A stretch of 51,798 nucleotides of DNA from Nitrospiraceae bacterium (GCA_037442105.1 JBBIQV010000019.1:1-51798), one strand, 5' to 3'. Shown: positions 29,117 to 39,429, counted from the first letter of the stretch. Numbers and translations: made by a program. Notes: a model not told the origin generated them from the sequence alone.

Positions 29117-29908
29117 ATGAAGTTGCATCGGGTTACGGCGCTGGTGGTGAGGCACTTGTATCTTTACAGGCGGAGTCTGCCGAGGCTGATGGAAATTTTC
29201 TATTGGCCCTTCCTGGATTTGGTCGTCTGGGGGTTCATCACGGTCTATCTGATGCGATTCCAAGGCCAATTACCTGGCTTCGTCACATTCTTCCTCGGCG
29301 CGTTGATCCTGTGGGATGTGTTGTTCCGCGCGCAGCAGGGGATCACGATTTCGTTTCTGGAGGAAATCTGGGCGAGAAATTTGATGAATCTGTTTGCCAG
29401 TCCGCTCAAACCCGGCGAGTTTCTGGCCGCGACCATGGCTATGAGCGTGTTCAAGGTCTCGGCGGTCTCGCTGGTGATGGTGCTCTGCGCGCTGGTGTTC
29501 TACTCATACAACATCTTCCTGATCGGCGCGTGGCTCGTACCGTTCGTGCTGAACCTCATCGTCATGGGTTGGATCATCGGCATACTCACGACGTCGATCA
29601 TCATGCGGTTTGGCCAGGAGGCCGAGGTGCTGGCGTGGGGGATGGTCTTCTTGTTCCAACCGATTTCCTGCGTATTTTATCCGCTGGAAGTGCTGCCCGG
29701 TTGGCTGCGCGGTATTGCCTGGATGAATCCGGCCGCGCATGTCTTCGAAGGCATGCGCGCCGTGCTTACCGCTCACTCCTTACCCCTTACCAGTCTGGCT
29801 TGGGCTTGTGGGCTGAATTTGTTTTATCTCGCCGTGATGATCGCCTGGTTTCATCATACGTTCAATATCTGTAAAGAACGGGGGTTGTTGGTGCGGGTGG
29901 GGGAATAG
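29117..29908 (+). CDS. ABC-2 type transporter permease
   Basis: About six TM helices; VFYPLEVLPGWL and NPAAHVFEGMR. Confidence 0.87.
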   Translation: MKLHRVTALVVRHLYLYRRSLPRLMEIFYWPFLDLVVWGFITVYLMRFQGQLPGFVTFFLGALILWDVLFRAQQGITISFLEEIWARNLMNLFASPLKPGEFLAATMAMSVFKVSAVSLVMVLCALVFYSYNIFLIGAWLVPFVLNLIVMGWIIGILTTSIIMRFGQEAEVLAWGMVFLFQPISCVFYPLEVLPGWLRGIAWMNPAAHVFEGMRAVLTAHSLPLTSLAWACGLNLFYLAVMIAWFHHTFNICKERGLLVRVGE

Positions 29909-30165
29909 AAGCCCGTGCCCATCGATAAAGGGAAATTGGGGACTATTAGGTTGCTATTCGCTCATTCGTGTGTTACCGTGAAGCCACTTCGTCGTAGGGG
30001 TCTGGCGATGAAGCTCCAAACAGGAAGGCCCGTAACCGATGTTGTTTTGCCCCGGGAGTCGAATCGGAAGTCAGACCTAAGCCGCTGCAGTGTTTGCGTC
30101 TTCGGCCCGCTCCTTCCCCTTTCCTCGAGTCCAAGACAATGTCACCATTAAAGGAGGAACCCCAC

Positions 30166-30495
30166 ATGGGTTCAAAGATTTACGTCGGTGGGTTGCCGTA
30201 TGCGGCGACCGAGCAGCAACTCAGTGATCTCTTCGCGGCGCACGGCGCTGTCGAGTCTGCCCGGGTGATCACGGATAAGTTCACGGGGCAGTCACGGGGC
30301 TTCGGCTTCGTGGAGATGTCCTCAGCGGAGGAGGCCCAAGCAGCCATCAATGCGCTGAACGGTACGCAGATGGATGGGCGCACGTTGACTGTGAACGAGG
30401 CTCGGCCGCAGGAGCCACGCACTGGCGGTGGTGGCCGCAGCGGTGGCGGATTTGGCGGTGGTCGTAGCGGCGGTGGAAAGCGCGATCGCTGGTAA
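30166..30495 (+). CDS. RRM (RNP-1) RNA-binding protein with a Gly-rich tail
   Basis: KIYVGGL, RGFGFVEM, LTVNEARP; SD AAAGGAGG. Confidence 0.93.
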   Translation: MGSKIYVGGLPYAATEQQLSDLFAAHGAVESARVITDKFTGQSRGFGFVEMSSAEEAQAAINALNGTQMDGRTLTVNEARPQEPRTGGGGRSGGGFGGGRSGGGKRDRW

Positions 30496-30513
30496 TCTGC
30501 ATCGCTCATAATG

Positions 30514-30555
30514 AACGGGGCTGCCGTCACGAAGACGGCAGCCCCGTTTCTTTTT
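30514..30555 (+). terminator. Rho-independent terminator
   Basis: 15-bp stem AACGGGGCTGCCGTC / GACGGCAGCCCCGTT followed by TCTTTTT. Confidence 0.9.
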
Positions 30556-30566
30556 GCTCGTGACGA

Positions 30567-32084
30567 TCAGGAAACAGTGTTGGGTTTGTCAGGGTGCTTG
30601 CTCTCCGAGCCCGGCTGGTCCCAGCCTCCGCCTAGCGCCTTGAATAGGCTGACCATATCGGCCAGGCGGGCTCGCTCCGTCTGGACGAGCTGCGCTTGGG
30701 CGGCCAGAACGGTCCGCTGGGCATCGAGTACGTCCAGGTAGTTCACCAAGCCCTGTCGGTAGCGGACGTCCGCGAGTTCGACCGCGGTCCGTGCCGCCTG
30801 AACTTGCTCGCGCTGGTGCATTAATTGTTCTGATCGTTCGCGGAGCGAGACGAGGAGGTCGGCTACTTCGCGGAAGGCTTGTAGAATCGTCTGCTGGTAA
30901 CTTTCCAGCATTTGCTTGTAACGCGACTCTGCTGCATCGAGGCGGGCTACGTTGGTGCCGCCCAAGAAAATCGGGAGGGTGACTGATGGCCCGATGCTGT
31001 AGTTGCTGCTGTTCGAGCTGAACCAGTTTGAGAACTCCACGCTCTGCAGGCCACCTTGGCCTGTGATTGAAAGGGTCGGGAAGAAATAGGCGCGGGCTTG
31101 GCCGATACGCGCGTTGGCCGCGATCAACGTCGCCTCGGCTTGAAGAATGTCCGGCCTCCGTTCAAGAAGCTGCGAGGGGAGGCCGACCGGAATCTCGGGC
31201 TGGGCGACGACGGTTCGGAGCGGTGTCGCGGTCAACTGTAGCTGGCCGGGCGGTGTGCCGGTCAGCACCTCAATCCGGTGCAACTCGACGGCTCGCAACC
31301 GCTTCAGTTCAGGGAGTTGCCCTGCGCTTTCCGCGACGAGCACTTCAGCTCGTTTCGCGTCAAGATCGGAGGCCAACCCAACGGAGGCGCGTTTCCGAAT
31401 GATATCCAGCGTGTCCCGCCGTAACGTGAGATTCTGTCCCGCGATCTCGATCTGTTCATCGAGTTCCCGCAAGCGGAAATAGGCCTGGCCGAGATCGCCG
31501 ATCAGCGCCAGGGCCACGGCCCGGGCATCTTGTTCGATTGCATCGGCTTCGGCTGATGCGGCTTCCATCCCACGACGGATTTTCCCCCAGAGATCCAATT
31601 CCCACCGGAGGTCCGCTCCGGCGTTCCAGAGATCGAAGCTCGCACCGGGGGCAGCGAAGGTTTGTGGTCCGGCTCGGGTGCCGGATGCCAGGCCCAGGCC
31701 AGCCAAGGTGTTCTTCGAGATCGACGTGCTCGCGTAGCTGCCCTGGACATTTACCTGTGGGTACAGACCGGCACCGGCGGAGAGGACCGACGCACGGCCT
31801 TCCATCACACGAGAGACGGCGCGGCGCACGTCGTGGTTCTGCTGCAACGCTTGTCCGATCAGATTCGTCAGTTCGTCATTTTGAAAGGCACGCCACCAGT
31901 CCGCATCGAGCTGCTTGCCCGAAGAGATCGGTGCTTCGGCTTGCGGCTCTCCGCCCGCCAGCTTGTCCCAATCCGATGGCACATCCACCGGTGGTCGCTG
32001 ATAGCTTGTTCCCTGAACACAGCCGTCAATGACGGGCGCGAAGGTGACAAGGCAAGCCAAAGCGACGATGGTACGCATGTTCAT
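30567..32084 (-). CDS. NodT/OprM-family outer-membrane efflux lipoprotein
   Basis: WELDLWGKIR, GLPSQLLERRPDI, YLDVLDAQR, LFKALGGGW. Confidence 0.92.
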   Translation of the reverse strand: MNMRTIVALACLVTFAPVIDGCVQGTSYQRPPVDVPSDWDKLAGGEPQAEAPISSGKQLDADWWRAFQNDELTNLIGQALQQNHDVRRAVSRVMEGRASVLSAGAGLYPQVNVQGSYASTSISKNTLAGLGLASGTRAGPQTFAAPGASFDLWNAGADLRWELDLWGKIRRGMEAASAEADAIEQDARAVALALIGDLGQAYFRLRELDEQIEIAGQNLTLRRDTLDIIRKRASVGLASDLDAKRAEVLVAESAGQLPELKRLRAVELHRIEVLTGTPPGQLQLTATPLRTVVAQPEIPVGLPSQLLERRPDILQAEATLIAANARIGQARAYFFPTLSITGQGGLQSVEFSNWFSSNSSNYSIGPSVTLPIFLGGTNVARLDAAESRYKQMLESYQQTILQAFREVADLLVSLRERSEQLMHQREQVQAARTAVELADVRYRQGLVNYLDVLDAQRTVLAAQAQLVQTERARLADMVSLFKALGGGWDQPGSESKHPDKPNTVS

Positions 32085-33073
32085 GGAGCGGACTCTTTTG
32101 GTTGTTCGACGGATGGCGCTGCGGTCGTTTCACGGACAGTGGCCGGATCGCGCTGGATGAACACGTCGAGTTGTTGGCCGGCATAGACGGGAAATGCCGG
32201 GCGATCGAACCGATAGATGATCTGGAGCACGCGGGTATCGACCCGTTCGGTATTGTCTCCCGTGAGCGATTTCTTGGGGACGACGTAGGGTTCGATCCGG
32301 ACGAATGAGAGGGGAATGGCATGCCTGGTATTCCCCTTGAGATACGCGATGCCCGGCGCCTTCGGCGCCACCAGCGGTGCGTTGACCTCGTCCACGTCGG
32401 CCCGGACTTGGAGTTGTTGCGTGTCCCCCAACAGAAGGAGCGGCTCGACGGCGCCCGGCATCGCGTACTCACCAGCTCGGGTGTTCACTTGAAGAATCGT
32501 CCCGGCACGCGAAGCACGAACGGTCAGCCGGTCGCGCAACAATTTGGTTTCGTCTCGCTGCGCGATGGTGTGTTTAAGCGTCGCCTCATGCCGGCTGAGG
32601 GCGTGCTTTGCCATCTCCAGGGCGTACCAGGTCCTCTTGAGATCGTCCTCGCTCACCGCGCGTCGGTCGTGGATCGCTCGGAGTCGCTTGAGTTGCGTTT
32701 CCAGGTCTCCGATGCGATACCTCTGCTCTTCGATCTGCGCCTGGACCGGCGGGATGGCTGCCTCGCGAGAAAGCAGTTGGGCCTGAAGGTCTCGATCGTC
32801 GATCTGAAGTAAAGGATCGCCATCCTTCACCCGGTCTCCGACCGCCACGAACACCTTCGTGATCAATCCTGCGACCGGCGGGGCGATCCGCACGTTCTCG
32901 TTCACCGCCTCGATGATGCCCGAGGCCGCGACGGTTGTCTCAAACGTACTTCTCGGTGGCGGCGTGATGGGGAGCGGCATGGGCTCCTTCTGCGTTGCTG
33001 CATTGAGGATCCAGGCTGTGAAGAGGATTCCCGCAGCCGCCAACCAGACACTGATCCGTTTTATGATGATCAT
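32081..33073 (-). CDS. Periplasmic adaptor (membrane fusion protein)
   Basis: Lipoyl-like VAVGDRVKDGDPL, coiled hairpin, ERVDTRVLQIIY. Confidence 0.87.
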   Translation of the reverse strand: MIIIKRISVWLAAAGILFTAWILNAATQKEPMPLPITPPPRSTFETTVAASGIIEAVNENVRIAPPVAGLITKVFVAVGDRVKDGDPLLQIDDRDLQAQLLSREAAIPPVQAQIEEQRYRIGDLETQLKRLRAIHDRRAVSEDDLKRTWYALEMAKHALSRHEATLKHTIAQRDETKLLRDRLTVRASRAGTILQVNTRAGEYAMPGAVEPLLLLGDTQQLQVRADVDEVNAPLVAPKAPGIAYLKGNTRHAIPLSFVRIEPYVVPKKSLTGDNTERVDTRVLQIIYRFDRPAFPVYAGQQLDVFIQRDPATVRETTAAPSVEQPKESAP

Positions 33074-33789
33074 GCGGTGGCTTCCTGTTGAATGGGATGG
33101 ATGCCCACGATCCGCCCGTCCGTCAGCTCAGCCATGCGGTCGCCGAAGTGAAAGACACGGCTGTCATGTGTCACCACAATGACGGTGCGGTGCGGAGAGC
33201 GACCTACTTCACGCAGAATTTCCATGATTTTCTGCCCGTTCGGTCCGTCCAGCATCGCAGTCGGCTCATCGCAAATTAGGAGCCGCGGTTCATTTACCAA
33301 CGCCCTGGCGATGGCGACGCGCTGCTGTTGTCCACCGGAGAGGTTTTTGGGTAGGAACTCTGTCCGGTCGCCCAGCCCCACACGGTCGAGCATGATCCGC
33401 GCGCGCCGCAGGGCGTCCGACTTCCTCAGGCCTTGGATGAACAACGGCACGGCTACGTTCTCCGCTGCGGTGAGGGCCGGGAGCAGGTTGAATTGCTGGT
33501 AGATGAAGCCCATCGTCTGGCCGCGAAACCTCGTGCGTTTTCCGGCTGGCAACTCGGCCAAGGGGACGCCGAGCACGTCGATGTGTCCTTCGTCGATATC
33601 CAAGATGCCGGCAATGACGGAGAGCAGCGTCGTTTTGCCGCCACCCGATTCTCCCACCAGCAACAGCAGCTCGCCGAGATAGATGTCCAAGTCGATGCTC
33701 TTCAGCACCGTCACTTTGGTATCCCCCGTACCGAACGATTTGATCACGCTCCGGACACGCACGGCCGGCGCTTGTTCTTGTGTATCCAT
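33070..33789 (-). CDS. MacB/LolD-type ABC ATP-binding protein
   Basis: GESGGGKTT, LSGGQQQRVAIARAL, CDEPT; start at MDTQEQ (33789) because the longer ORF overlaps the permease. Confidence 0.9.
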   Translation of the reverse strand: MDTQEQAPAVRVRSVIKSFGTGDTKVTVLKSIDLDIYLGELLLLVGESGGGKTTLLSVIAGILDIDEGHIDVLGVPLAELPAGKRTRFRGQTMGFIYQQFNLLPALTAAENVAVPLFIQGLRKSDALRRARIMLDRVGLGDRTEFLPKNLSGGQQQRVAIARALVNEPRLLICDEPTAMLDGPNGQKIMEILREVGRSPHRTVIVVTHDSRVFHFGDRMAELTDGRIVGIHPIQQEATA

Positions 33790-33794
33790 GACGC

Positions 33795-34925
33795 TCACCT
33801 GAACACGACGGCCGGCTCCAGTTTGGCTAACTTGATGATGCTGATTGTGGCCGAGAACAGGCAGATGGAGAGCAGCGCGACGAATACGAGGAGGAGCAGC
33901 GGCCAAGTTTCGACAAACGGGAGTCTCCCCCCAGCGCCGGCGATGTTGCCGAAGAGGGTGGCGAGCCCGATCCCGATGCCATAGCCGGTCAGACCAACCG
34001 TGAAGGCTTGGAGTACGATCATACGGGCCAGCGTGATGGTCGAAGTGCCCATGGCTTTGAGCGCGCCGAACTGCCGGAGATTCTCGACGGTGAAGAGATA
34101 GAAGGTCTGCCCGGCGATCGCCGTCCCAACGATGAACCCCAGCAGGATGGTGGTGCCGAAGTTCACCCCGATCCCCGTGTTTTTCAGGACCCACACAAGG
34201 GTCTTGAGTCCGAACTCCTCCGCCGTGAAGGCGCCCAGTCCGGTCTGTTCGCGAATCCGGCGCGTCACTTCTTCAATGGATACACCGTCTTGTGGCTTTG
34301 CCAATACATACGACAACGCTCTGCGTTCGGGAGGGGCATAGCGCACCGCCCGCTCAAAGGTGGTGTACACGGCCGGGATATTTTGGAAATCCTTCTGAGT
34401 CACCGCAATGCCCACGACCACTGCACGCTTGTCGTTGATCTCGAAGAGGGTCCCAATGTGAATCACTTCCGGTCCTCCCATGCGCTCGATGGCCCATTGA
34501 TCAACGACGACTGCATCCGGTTCGCGAAGATCCTCGATCCGCCCTTCCAATAGCCGGGCAGGCCGGCCGATGAGTGTTGTGGCGTCCAATCCCACGACGG
34601 ATATTCGGTGGTAGTCGCCGTTGACCAGACGTGCTCTCAGCACCCCTTTGTAGAGGGGCACAGCCCATTCCACACCGGGCACACTCCGGACGCGATCCAC
34701 GGTTGTGTCGGCGATGGGTTTCACCTCTTCAACCTGAGAGATGTTCGGGTCTGTGACCCAGATCGGTACGTTGAGATTGCTGATGCCCGATTGAGACCAG
34801 ACCATCAAGCCCCAAAAGATCGAACCTTGTTGCACGATCAGCATGACTGCGAATGTGAGTCCACAAAGGAGCATAAGGTACTTGGCCCGGTCACCGAAGA
34901 GCATCTTGAGCGCCACATAGTTCAT
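33795..34925 (-). CDS. MacB/FtsX-type ABC permease (DevC-like)
   Basis: ALKMLFGDRAKY, ENLRQFGALKAMG, LEPAVVFR. Confidence 0.88.
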   Translation of the reverse strand: MNYVALKMLFGDRAKYLMLLCGLTFAVMLIVQQGSIFWGLMVWSQSGISNLNVPIWVTDPNISQVEEVKPIADTTVDRVRSVPGVEWAVPLYKGVLRARLVNGDYHRISVVGLDATTLIGRPARLLEGRIEDLREPDAVVVDQWAIERMGGPEVIHIGTLFEINDKRAVVVGIAVTQKDFQNIPAVYTTFERAVRYAPPERRALSYVLAKPQDGVSIEEVTRRIREQTGLGAFTAEEFGLKTLVWVLKNTGIGVNFGTTILLGFIVGTAIAGQTFYLFTVENLRQFGALKAMGTSTITLARMIVLQAFTVGLTGYGIGIGLATLFGNIAGAGGRLPFVETWPLLLLVFVALLSICLFSATISIIKLAKLEPAVVFR

Positions 34926-35344
34926 GGAGTGTCGTCCGATTCGGTTTCTGGATGATCGGGTGGAAATGCGACCACCTGTGGCGGCCGGGGGAGCGCGACC
35001 GTATCATGCCGATGGAAGAAAAAGGTGCAGAGTTTCGCGATCGGACATCCCTGTTCGAGCGCCATCGTCCAGAATCGCCGGACGTGCGTGCCGTCCGTTG
35101 CTTGATCTTCATCCCACAATTTGAGAGGGCCGGGATAGGCCTCCCGGAACGTGACTCCCATTTGAGCGACACGCTTCTCGATCCCCTCGACAAGAAAGTC
35201 GAACAAATCTCCACACCACGAGAACTGCTGGTTGCAGCGGGACCAGTCACCACACGGTGCGATCTCTTCGAGCCGCTGGTCCAGGTGAGCCTGAACCGTT
35301 TGGCTAAGGATGGCCGGTGTAATCTTCGACGGCGCGTTACTCAT
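34922..35344 (-). CDS. Uncharacterised soluble protein, first gene of the exporter operon
   Basis: ATGA overlap with the permease; start placed at ATG 35344, just downstream of a sigma54 motif. Confidence 0.65.
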   Translation of the reverse strand: MSNAPSKITPAILSQTVQAHLDQRLEEIAPCGDWSRCNQQFSWCGDLFDFLVEGIEKRVAQMGVTFREAYPGPLKLWDEDQATDGTHVRRFWTMALEQGCPIAKLCTFFFHRHDTVALPRPPQVVAFPPDHPETESDDTP

Positions 35345-35357
35345 GCCGGATTTACTG

Positions 35358-35373
35358 AGCATCAGTGATGCCA
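35358..35373 (-). promoter_or_regulatory. Sigma54 (-24/-12) promoter
   Basis: Minus strand TGGCATCACTGATGCT has GG-N10-GC spacing; lies next to a bEBP gene. Confidence 0.7.
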
Positions 35374-35472
35374 GGAAATCCGGCAATGGGTGTCTGCGTC
35401 TCGAACCGCTCAGGAAATTGAGAGAAAGCGTGATCGATCAACAAAATTTTGGGGAGTGCGAGAGGATATGGT

Positions 35473-35510
35473 GTGCCCGCATATCGTCGCACATGACGAT
35501 ATGCGGGCAC
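35473..35510. promoter_or_regulatory. Perfect 16-bp inverted repeat: enhancer (UAS) and/or terminator of the bEBP gene
   Basis: GTGCCCGCATATCGTC-N6-GACGATATGCGGGCAC, about 100-140 bp upstream of the sigma54 site. Confidence 0.6.
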
Positions 35511-35511
35511 T

Positions 35512-37587
35512 TCAGGCCTGGCTTGACGACGGGCGCTTAATTCCGAGTTTTTTCATGCGGTGTTGGAGGGTGGACCGTTTCATCCCAAGTTTGGTAGCAG
35601 CTCCGTGCTGGCCCGCAAGGACCCAATTGGTATGGTGCAATACATCAAGAATGTGGATGCGCTCCGCTTCCGCCAAGGTCTTAGGTCGGCTGCCGGTTTT
35701 CTCGGATGCGCCCGATAGCGATTCCTGCTCGAATTCATCGATGGCCAGGACCGGTCCTTGGGACAAGATCACTGCGCGCTCGATCAGGTGTTCGAGCTCG
35801 CGCACGTTGCCGGGCCAGGCGTAAGCTGAAAGAGCCCGGAGTGTTGCGGATGCAATCCGAGCAATCGGCTTACGGTGTTGTGAGGCGTATTTCTTCGTGA
35901 AGTGTTTAGCGAGAACGGGAATATCTTCGCGCCGTTCTCGGAGAGCCGGTATGCGGATGGGAAAGACTTTGAGGCGGTAATAGAGATCGGCGCGGAAGGC
36001 GCCTGCCTTCACGGCTTGGTCCAGATCCATGTTGGTGGCGGCCAGCAGCCGGACGTCGAGTTTCAGCGTGGCCTGTCCTCCCACCCGTTCCAACTCTCGA
36101 TCTTCCAGGACCCGCAAGAGCTTCGCTTGGAGGTTCAGCGGTACCTCGCCGATTTCGTCGAGGAAGATTGTCCCTCCGTTGGCAAGCTCGAAACGCCCGA
36201 TCTTCCGCGCCACCGCGCCGGTGAAGGCCCCTTTTTCGTGGCCGAACAATTCCGACTCGATGAGCGACGGCGGCAGCGCGGCACAGTTGACCTTGATGAA
36301 TGCCTTCTCTTTGCGCGGGGACAATTGGTGGATGGCTTGCGCGACCAACTCCTTGCCCGTTCCTGTCTCTCCAGTAATCAGCACCGTTGAGTTGGTAGGT
36401 GCGACCTGTTCGATGGTCTTCAAGGTTTTCTGCAGCGCCGCGCTTCCGCCGACTAGTTGCTTCAGGTCGGCGGAGCCGACAATCTCCTCGCGCAGATACA
36501 CATTCTCCTGTTCGAGTTGTTCTTTCAGCGCATGGATCTCGCCGTACGCTAAGAGATTTGAGATGGCTTGAGACAGGTGATGCCCTACTTGTTCGGCCAG
36601 TCCCAGATCGCGCTCAGAAAACGCGTTGCGCCGCTTGCTGCCGAGGGCCAGGAAACCGTAGGGCTGACCACGCACGATCAGCGGACAGAGCATGGCTGAG
36701 AGGATGCCGAGGGATTCGATATACCTGCTCTCAGGGAACCGCTCGTGATGGCCGTGCCCCGTGATGAGAAGTGGCCGCCCCGTTGCCAGCATCTCGGCCG
36801 GGGCCATCCGCTCAAAAGGAAACTGGTGCAGCATCGTGAGGTCGATCGAGGTGCCGCGCTGATGCACAATTTCAAACCAGGGCGCTCCGCGATCCTGTGT
36901 AAAGCGAACGAGGCCATTCATGTCGTGCGGGATGACTTGCTGCAGGGTTTCTTCGACGGCAGGCACAAGGCTCTGCAGCGTAAAGGAGCCCACGACGAGC
37001 CGATGCGTAATGGCGCGCAGCGCATCCCGCTCCTGCGCGGTCAGCACGGTTTCGAGGACCGGCGCGGCGCAATCCGCCAGCTCCATCATCAGCGTGCAAT
37101 CGTTTTCGGTGAATGCGGCTCGTGACCAGGCGGCGGCAAACATGACCGCGATGGGGCGGGGTTGAGTCTGCTCAATGCGAAGGATCAGCGGCGCCACCAC
37201 GGACGACACGGGCGAACGGGCTTGTTTGAATACCGACCCCTCGGCCCACTGTGAGTCGGCCATATCGTCGCACCGCACCGCTATGCCGCTTCTGATCGCG
37301 GCCTCTTTCATTGTCCCTGCAGCAGGGAGCTGCGCAATCTGATAGCCCTCGTGTGCGGGATCGAGAGAAATGGGCGAAACAGGGGTAAAAGCATGGGCGG
37401 CTCTGTTGTAGAGATACAAGCCCGCGATCGAGAAACGGAGGCGCTGTGCCAATTGCCGGCTCAGAATCTCGGCGAATTGGCGCGCGCCCTTGGCGGCGAG
37501 GAGGGCGGCGACGCTGTGCAGAAGGAAATCGGCTTGTTGTGGGGTGCCCATATGTCGGCACTCTAGCATGGAACGAAAAAGATGCAA
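35512..37587 (-). CDS. FhlA-like sigma54-dependent activator (two GAF domains, AAA+, Fis HTH)
   Basis: GETGTGKE, ESELFGHEKGAFTGA, FLDEIGE, WPGNVREL; start may be 37551. Confidence 0.92.
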   Translation of the reverse strand: MHLFRSMLECRHMGTPQQADFLLHSVAALLAAKGARQFAEILSRQLAQRLRFSIAGLYLYNRAAHAFTPVSPISLDPAHEGYQIAQLPAAGTMKEAAIRSGIAVRCDDMADSQWAEGSVFKQARSPVSSVVAPLILRIEQTQPRPIAVMFAAAWSRAAFTENDCTLMMELADCAAPVLETVLTAQERDALRAITHRLVVGSFTLQSLVPAVEETLQQVIPHDMNGLVRFTQDRGAPWFEIVHQRGTSIDLTMLHQFPFERMAPAEMLATGRPLLITGHGHHERFPESRYIESLGILSAMLCPLIVRGQPYGFLALGSKRRNAFSERDLGLAEQVGHHLSQAISNLLAYGEIHALKEQLEQENVYLREEIVGSADLKQLVGGSAALQKTLKTIEQVAPTNSTVLITGETGTGKELVAQAIHQLSPRKEKAFIKVNCAALPPSLIESELFGHEKGAFTGAVARKIGRFELANGGTIFLDEIGEVPLNLQAKLLRVLEDRELERVGGQATLKLDVRLLAATNMDLDQAVKAGAFRADLYYRLKVFPIRIPALRERREDIPVLAKHFTKKYASQHRKPIARIASATLRALSAYAWPGNVRELEHLIERAVILSQGPVLAIDEFEQESLSGASEKTGSRPKTLAEAERIHILDVLHHTNWVLAGQHGAATKLGMKRSTLQHRMKKLGIKRPSSSQA

Positions 37588-37617
37588 AGACCGAGGACGA
37601 TCACATGGCGGGGCAGG

Positions 37618-39072
37618 TCAGGAAGACGCAAGGCCCTCTGTGCGAGCTTTTAACGCCTCAAGTCGTGCCTTATCAAGATGCATAAAGACTGACTTCTCTT
37701 GGGTCACGGTCACCGTACCTGGCGGGTGGCCCTTCGCTTTGCGGACCCACTTGCGTCGCGTATAAATCACGTCGCCTTTGCCGCTCTTTTTGAGGTCGCT
37801 GTAGAGCAATGCGAGAGTAGCGGCATCCTTGAGCGTCTCTGGTGGCGGATCTGCCCCCTTCTCCAAACGGACGACGACGTGCGAGCCTGGCATGCCGCGC
37901 GCGTGCAGCCACAAGTCATCGCTTTTAGCGAGGCCAAAGGTCAGATCTTCGTTTTCCCGCGCATTACGGCCGACGAAAATCGGAATGCCATCGGCGGAAG
38001 TAAAGCGACGGAACGGACCGCGCCGTTGTTGATCGGGAGCTTGGCGTAGGCGCTGGGTCTGTGCGCAGCGAACGGGCTGGGTCTGGGTTTGTTTTGGAGG
38101 CCGCCAGTTCGCATCTTGTGTGATTGCGAGTTCTCGACGCAAGGTGTCGATCTCGTTCCGAGCGGCATCCAGCCGTGGGCGAAGGGTCCGTTCCGCCGTC
38201 AGATATTTTCGGTGCTTCTTGAAATAGTCATCCATGTTTCCGTGCGGGCTCCTTGTCCGATCGAGCGGGATCGTCAGTTCCGGTAACGCCTCGTCGAAGT
38301 AATCCACCACGGTAATGTGGGGCTGTCCTTTTGCAATCTTGCTGAGGTTGGCCTTGATCAGCTCGCCGTACCGGGCATAGTCCCGATATGTAAGTGCCTT
38401 GTCGAGGTCTTGCTGCAACGCCTCGACTCGCCGCATGCCCTTTCTGATCGCCTTCCGCAGCGATGCGAGACGAGCCTGTCGCTGCTGTTCTTGCGCCAGT
38501 TGCTCATCAAGCAGTCGATAATGCGCTTCGATGCGCGCAGACACTGTCGTGGATGTCTGGTGAGGGGGGCGAGCAGCGAGTCGGTCATTCTGATCAGCCA
38601 ACGGCTGCTGGATTGTCGGAGGTGCCTGGTAAGGTTGACCAGTCCGATCTTTGTTGGCACAAAGGGTAGCGGCTACGTTTTCCAGCCCATCCACGAAAAG
38701 CATATCGGCTTTTCTCCCCGTCATCTCCGCAATCAGCGCGCAGGCTCCTTCTTGCGTCCGCAGCGAGATTCTCACGATCCGATCGCGTCCCACTTGGGCG
38801 ATCGACTCGATTCGGGCTCCTCGAATGCGTGCTCGGAGGAATTGGCAGAATGCCGGAGGACTTGGCGGATTGGGGAGAGATTCCGACAGAAGATGAAGCC
38901 GGGCGGTTTCCGGCGAGGTCGAGAGGAGCAGCCGAACCGTTTGGCCCGGTTGGCGGATCTCTAAGACCAGCGCGCAAGGCAGAGGTTGGGAAATTTTCTG
39001 AATCCAGCCCCCAACCAAAAGAGGGGCGATCTCGCTAACCACCGCGGCAATTTCTGTCGCTGAAAGAGACAT
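37618..39072 (-). CDS. rqcH: NFACT family protein (Rqc2/RqcH/FbpA-like)
   Basis: FCQFLRARI, DRIVRI, VGRNARENEDLT, DLWLHARGMPGSHV, YTRRKWVRK. Confidence 0.85.
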   Translation of the reverse strand: MSLSATEIAAVVSEIAPLLVGGWIQKISQPLPCALVLEIRQPGQTVRLLLSTSPETARLHLLSESLPNPPSPPAFCQFLRARIRGARIESIAQVGRDRIVRISLRTQEGACALIAEMTGRKADMLFVDGLENVAATLCANKDRTGQPYQAPPTIQQPLADQNDRLAARPPHQTSTTVSARIEAHYRLLDEQLAQEQQRQARLASLRKAIRKGMRRVEALQQDLDKALTYRDYARYGELIKANLSKIAKGQPHITVVDYFDEALPELTIPLDRTRSPHGNMDDYFKKHRKYLTAERTLRPRLDAARNEIDTLRRELAITQDANWRPPKQTQTQPVRCAQTQRLRQAPDQQRRGPFRRFTSADGIPIFVGRNARENEDLTFGLAKSDDLWLHARGMPGSHVVVRLEKGADPPPETLKDAATLALLYSDLKKSGKGDVIYTRRKWVRKAKGHPPGTVTVTQEKSVFMHLDKARLEALKARTEGLASS

Positions 39073-39291
39073 GTTTTGCTCCCACCCCACCCTTCTTTGG
39101 CGGGGGTAAGCTCACCCGCTTGTATGATCCCGCAACAGGGTTTTCCCGACGGGGTCTCTGTACCCTGTTCCTGGCCATTTCTGTTGCACGGGGCCAATTC
39201 GGTCGCATCGCAGCCAATTCTGCGGACTTCCGCCAAGCAGCGATTCTAGGCGTTTCCGGAAAAAGACGCGAGAAGGATTCATGAGGCGAGG

Positions 39292-39307
39292 TGGCATCTC
39301 CATTGCT
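39292..39307 (+). promoter_or_regulatory. Sigma54 (-24/-12) promoter
   Basis: TGGCATCTCCATTGCT closely matches TGGCAC-N5-TTGC. Confidence 0.75.
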
Positions 39308-39429
39308 TTTTGTCAATACCGTCAAGATGGTCTCGGATCAAGCAAGGGACCCCTGATAAAGGTTCACGCCTTGTTTTTGATTCAGGGTACCGCGCGAAAC
39401 CGTGTGTGCCAATAAGAAGGAGGTGTCGT

